Assembly (NCBI RefSeq): GCF_018350175.1
Contig: NC_058373.1
Location: 114,392,001-114,456,000 of the forward strand
Length of the DNA: 64,000 nt
Source: Felis catus
Lineage: Eukaryota
Reading direction: 5' to 3'
The notes under the pieces are model-generated. The model was given only the letters and a program-made list of their open reading frames with translations, made no database searches and was not told the DNA's origin. Positions 60,249 through 64,000 of this stretch are shown in pieces; the stretch's first letter is position 1, and each line of letters opens with the position of its first letter. A program made the position numbers and the translations under genes.

Positions 60249-60995
60249 TGTGAGTTTCCTACTACTGCTGTAACAAATTACCACAAACATAGTGGCTTCA
60301 AACAACACGAGTTTATTATCTTATACAGGCATCTACCTCAGAGATATTGCAGGTTTGGTTCCAGACCACCACAATTAAGCAAGTATCACAATAAAGCAAA
60401 TCAAATGAATTTTTTGGTTCTCCACTGCATATAAATGTATGTTTACACTATACTGCAGCCTATTAAGCGTGCGATAGCATTATGTCAAAAAAAAAAAAAA
60501 GATGCGTGTGCCTTAATTTTAAAATACTTTATTGACACAGAGACACGAAGTTGGCAAATGCTGTTGGAAAAATGGCGCCAAGAGACTTGCTCGACTCCCG
60601 GCTGCCAAAAAATTTCAACCTGTACAAAACACGGTATCTGTGAGGTGCCATAAAGCAAGGTAAGCCTATATAGTTCTGGAGATCAGAAATACAAAGTCAG
60701 TAGCAGGGCCGCGTTTCTTCTGGAGGTTCTAGGGGAGAATCCATTTCCTTGTCTGTTCCAGCTTCTACTAGCCATCCACATCCCTCAGTTTATGGCTCTA
60801 CAGCACTCCAATCTCTACCTTCACCGTCCCTACCTCTTGATGAAGGCCCACCCAGATAATCCAGAATATTCTCCCCATCTCAATATCCTTCAATACATCT
60901 GCAAAGTGCCATCTGCCCTGTGCAGTGGCGTAATCACACGTTCCAGGGATTAGGACGGGGACGTCTCCTGGGGACTATTATTAAGCCCACCACAG
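60249..60995 (-). mobile_element. MLT1 (MaLR) LTR split by a Tigger1 derivative
   Basis: TGCTGTAACAAATTACCACAAAC...GGCTTCAAACAACA before the insert, resuming AGTTCTGGAG...GGTTCTAGGGGAGAATCC...CCCAGATAATCCAG. Confidence 0.8.
60326..60668 (-). mobile_element. Tigger1 internal-deletion derivative (TcMar-Tigger, Tigger1a_Car-like)
   Basis: CAGGCAT..ACCTCAGAGATATTGCAGGTTTGGTTCCAGACCACC at one end, AAAGCAAGGTAAGCCT at the other, with TA on both sides. Confidence 0.85.
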
Positions 60996-63514
60996 AGCTC
61001 AAAGACCGGAAGAGGACTCCCCTTAATGGTATTTTTCTAGAACCAGGCCTTTTGCCTCAAGAATTTTTAAAATAGCATAACAAAGCACAGCTAATTTTTA
61101 AAAAAAAAAAACTATACTATCACCTATTAAATGCCTATCGTGTGCCAGGCACAAAAGGTAAGTGGCATTATTGACGCCATTTGGGGAGGTTATTTACCTA
61201 GCTGGGGAGTAGGAGGGCACACCTGAGCCCACGTGTCTCCTTTGAAAGGCACTGATGTCAAAAGAGGTTGTATTCCTTCCCTCAGTGACAGGAAGGCAGA
61301 CCCTAGTCTAAGGCTGGGTTTAGGTGGGACGACTCAGAGGCACCCCTCACCACACACGCCACCCTTGGGCACCCTCCATACTGAGCAACACTACCTGGCA
61401 CAGGCCAAGGTACTGGCAGAGCCTCTGATCCCCTTCCAACCTAAGGAAATCTTAACTGTTCTCAGTTGTGGTAACTCACTCACCACACTGACTGTACCCT
61501 TTGAGCATTTGTCCTGGGTCCAGGGGACAGTTGTGAGTTGGTCCAGTGATGGAGGACACAGCAGATTCCTGAGACAGGCCTGGGACTTGGAATGGTCACA
61601 GGATCTCAACCAAACGCGTGACAGGCCAGAGAGAGAGGAGCTATTTTCGTAGACTGGCCTTCATCAGGCTGTCACCAAAGTCCCTCCAAATGTATGGACA
61701 GAGGCAGATAAAAACACAAGAGAAACGCATGCTCTACATAGGCAAGAGAGTCAATGAGCTCATCCCAAGGATGCAGGAACAACCAACTGCCACCTGCATC
61801 AGGACAGAAAATTCCACCTACCCTATCATTGCAAGTAAGCTGGAATTGTTTACAATGAAAATTGGCAAAGGGTGAAACATAAGAGATGACCAGCAGGTGA
61901 GGGGCATGGGCTCGGGGCACAGCAAACAGCCCTTGACTATTGGAGTCAAGGCCATGAGTTCACCGGTGCCTTGGGTGAAATCTAGAAGTGGGTGAGCACT
62001 TCATCTTGTGTCCTGGTTTGGAATCGCCACATGACAGATGTCACAATTCTGAACCTGTGACCCGAAAACCCAGCAATGAGCCACAGGGGAACTTAAAATC
62101 ACCTATGTAGAAATAAGTAAATGGATGAAGTAAGTCAGACTCTCAGTATTAAGATTCTGGAGGGGGGGGGGGGGGTTACACAGTTTTATACTCGTGACAA
62201 CCTGTGGCTTAATCTAAGGAGTTTGAACACATAAGAGAGCCCAGCACCTATCTGCTTTGGGATTTTCATCTGGAATGTGTAATTGAAATTAGATGCATGA
62301 TTTTAATTTTGGAGGTGTGAGAGAATTGTTAGTAAACAGCTTTGCACTGCTCCAGAGAACTTGATTTACATTTATAATACTTCAACTGCTTTGTGCTAAG
62401 ACTTTGCTGCTTCAATTTGAATTTGCCTTGGTGGGAGTCTGATGTATTGGAAAGAATGAAAATTTGTAAATATGTTTAAAATATTTAAAGGAACTTAATT
62501 ATTTTGGGAAATTTAAACGGGGTTGTTTGTGGGTGGTTAACTTAAGATGTATGAATGATTAGGACAAGCAAGAGTGTTTTTACTTTTACAGAAAAAATCA
62601 TATTGTCAATATATTAAGACAAGTGTGGTGACCTAAAAAGCTTAAGAAACAGGTTTTAAAATTTTTATCTCTTTAACAGATTGAACATTAAAGTAACTAT
62701 AGTCATTTGCCCACATACAAGCATGCTTGAATATTGAAAAGGTCAAATAAGGGAATTTCTCTAAAGGATGTGGAATAACTCAGTAAGCATACTTGCATTG
62801 AAAGGACTCTTACACAATTTCTTTTTTAAACAAAGCAGTGAAAAGGTTGACTGATTGTACCTCTGGAAACTGTGGTATGGTAAAGTGCTTGCACCCCAGG
62901 TTTAGGAAACTTTCTGGTTGGAACGATTTCCCCTTCTCTTCAACTCCTGTCCCACTGTACCCTTGGTTAGACTTGCGTATAAATAGCTAAAAGAAGCCAT
63001 CTTATATATTGGCCTCTCTCAAAGGACTCTGACCTTCAGAGACCAGCCTCTGGCTTTGTTCCACGGCTCTCCCCGTGCAGCTATACCCACAGCAGACCGA
63101 CGGCTAAACATTTTCTGGACTTTTTACCAGCCAGTGGTAACACTGACAGGAATGTTTCCCAAAGCAAATGCCAACCTCTACCCCAGGTCCTTCCTTCTGA
63201 ATGGCCTTCTTGCCTCTTACCCTGGGAAGTGAGTATTCCAAAATGTTCTAATATTCTTGGAGCTCTATGTGTTACCGCGATGGCTTTCCAAAAGCACTAT
63301 TATTCCCACTTAACAGATAAGGGAACTATAGTGCAGTTTACCCATTTGGGAAATGGCAGTCTACTGCACTATTACTGGTATGATCACTAATTGTCTTTAC
63401 TCCCTGTACTTGAAGTAAAAGCCTCAGGGAGGAGAGACAGGTAAGGAGAAAAAACTACAGAAGCCAGAGCAGTGCACACAGATCCCCTGGGGATCTTGTT
63501 AAAATGCAGATTAT

Positions 63515-63713
63515 GGGGTGCCTGCATGGCTCAGTCAGTTAAGCGTCCGACTTTGGCTCAGGTCATGATCTCACAGTTCGTGGGTTCGAGCCCCACATTG
63601 GGATCTGTGCTGACAGCTCAGAGCCGGGAGCCTGCTTGGGATTCTGTGTCTCCCTCTCTCTCTGCCCCTCTCCTGTTTGTACTCTCTTTCAAAAATAAAT
63701 AAACATTAAAAAA
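63515..63713 (+). mobile_element. Can-SINE inserted in a MER5A (63470-63825)
   Basis: Full SINE with AAAATGCAGATT TSD. The flanks carry MER5A phrases (GGGATCTTGTTAAAATGCAGATT, AAGCTCCCAGGTGATGCTG). Confidence 0.9.
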
Positions 63714-64000
63714 AATGCAGATTCTGAGTCTGAAAGTCTGGGGTGGGGCCTGGGACTCTGTATTTCGAGCAAGCTCCCAGGTGATGCTGGACAGCTGTTG
63801 TCTGTGGAACATTTTGAATAGCAAGGGGTGGGAAGGGTTATTGAGACCTCAGTGCGTTCCCTTGTAGCAAAGATACAAGGAAGGGGGGCACAGAGATGTC
63901 ACAGAGCTGTTTCATGCCACAGAAAACAAAGGTAGGACTTATCATTAAACGGCCCCTTCCTTTAATGGGTCACATCTGTGACCTTATTCTCAACTCACAG

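Noticed and set aside
2033..63713. tRNA-like A/B-box sequences and recurring ORFs such as SAQVMISRFVGSSP
   Set aside because: They are the tRNA-derived heads of Can-SINEs, not tRNA genes or a protein family.
1..64000. Prokaryote-type systems (CRISPR, operons, prophage), rRNA, or an intact retrovirus or L1
   Set aside because: None seen. The sequence is ordinary mammalian euchromatin with only decayed autonomous elements.

Overview
This is mammalian genomic DNA, very probably from a felid (it carries young felid-type Can-SINE/SINEC_Fc copies). It contains one protein-coding gene, ZFP36L1 (TIS11B/BRF1), on the minus strand. The gene has two coding exons (18561-18505 and 16106-15147, 338 aa in total), a 2,398-bp GT-AG intron, a TATA box at ~18725 and a ~1.85-kb AU-rich 3' UTR ending near 13305. 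It sits in a ~9-kb stretch with no recognisable repeats that includes CpG islands. The rest is intergenic: more than 20 Can-SINEs, old L1, MIR and L2 fragments, LTRs (MLT1, LTR16-like, MER34-like) and DNA transposons (MER20, MER5A, Tigger1). All other listed ORFs look like chance, antisense-shadow or repeat-derived frames. I found no convincing new coding system. The best leads are regulatory or evolutionary: (1) a probably bidirectional upstream CpG promoter with a perfect NF-kB site and outward-facing splice donors; (2) a 5' UTR that is open in frame with the CDS; (3) AREs and miRNA seed matches in the gene's own 3' UTR; (4) an orientation-switching CTCF motif array at 39-58 kb; (5) an unexplained ~1-kb insert with a target-site duplication (TSD) inside a MER34-like LTR; (6) several unusual SINE insertion structures. 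Repeat family names come from recalled consensus sequences, not from a search, and their boundaries are approximate.
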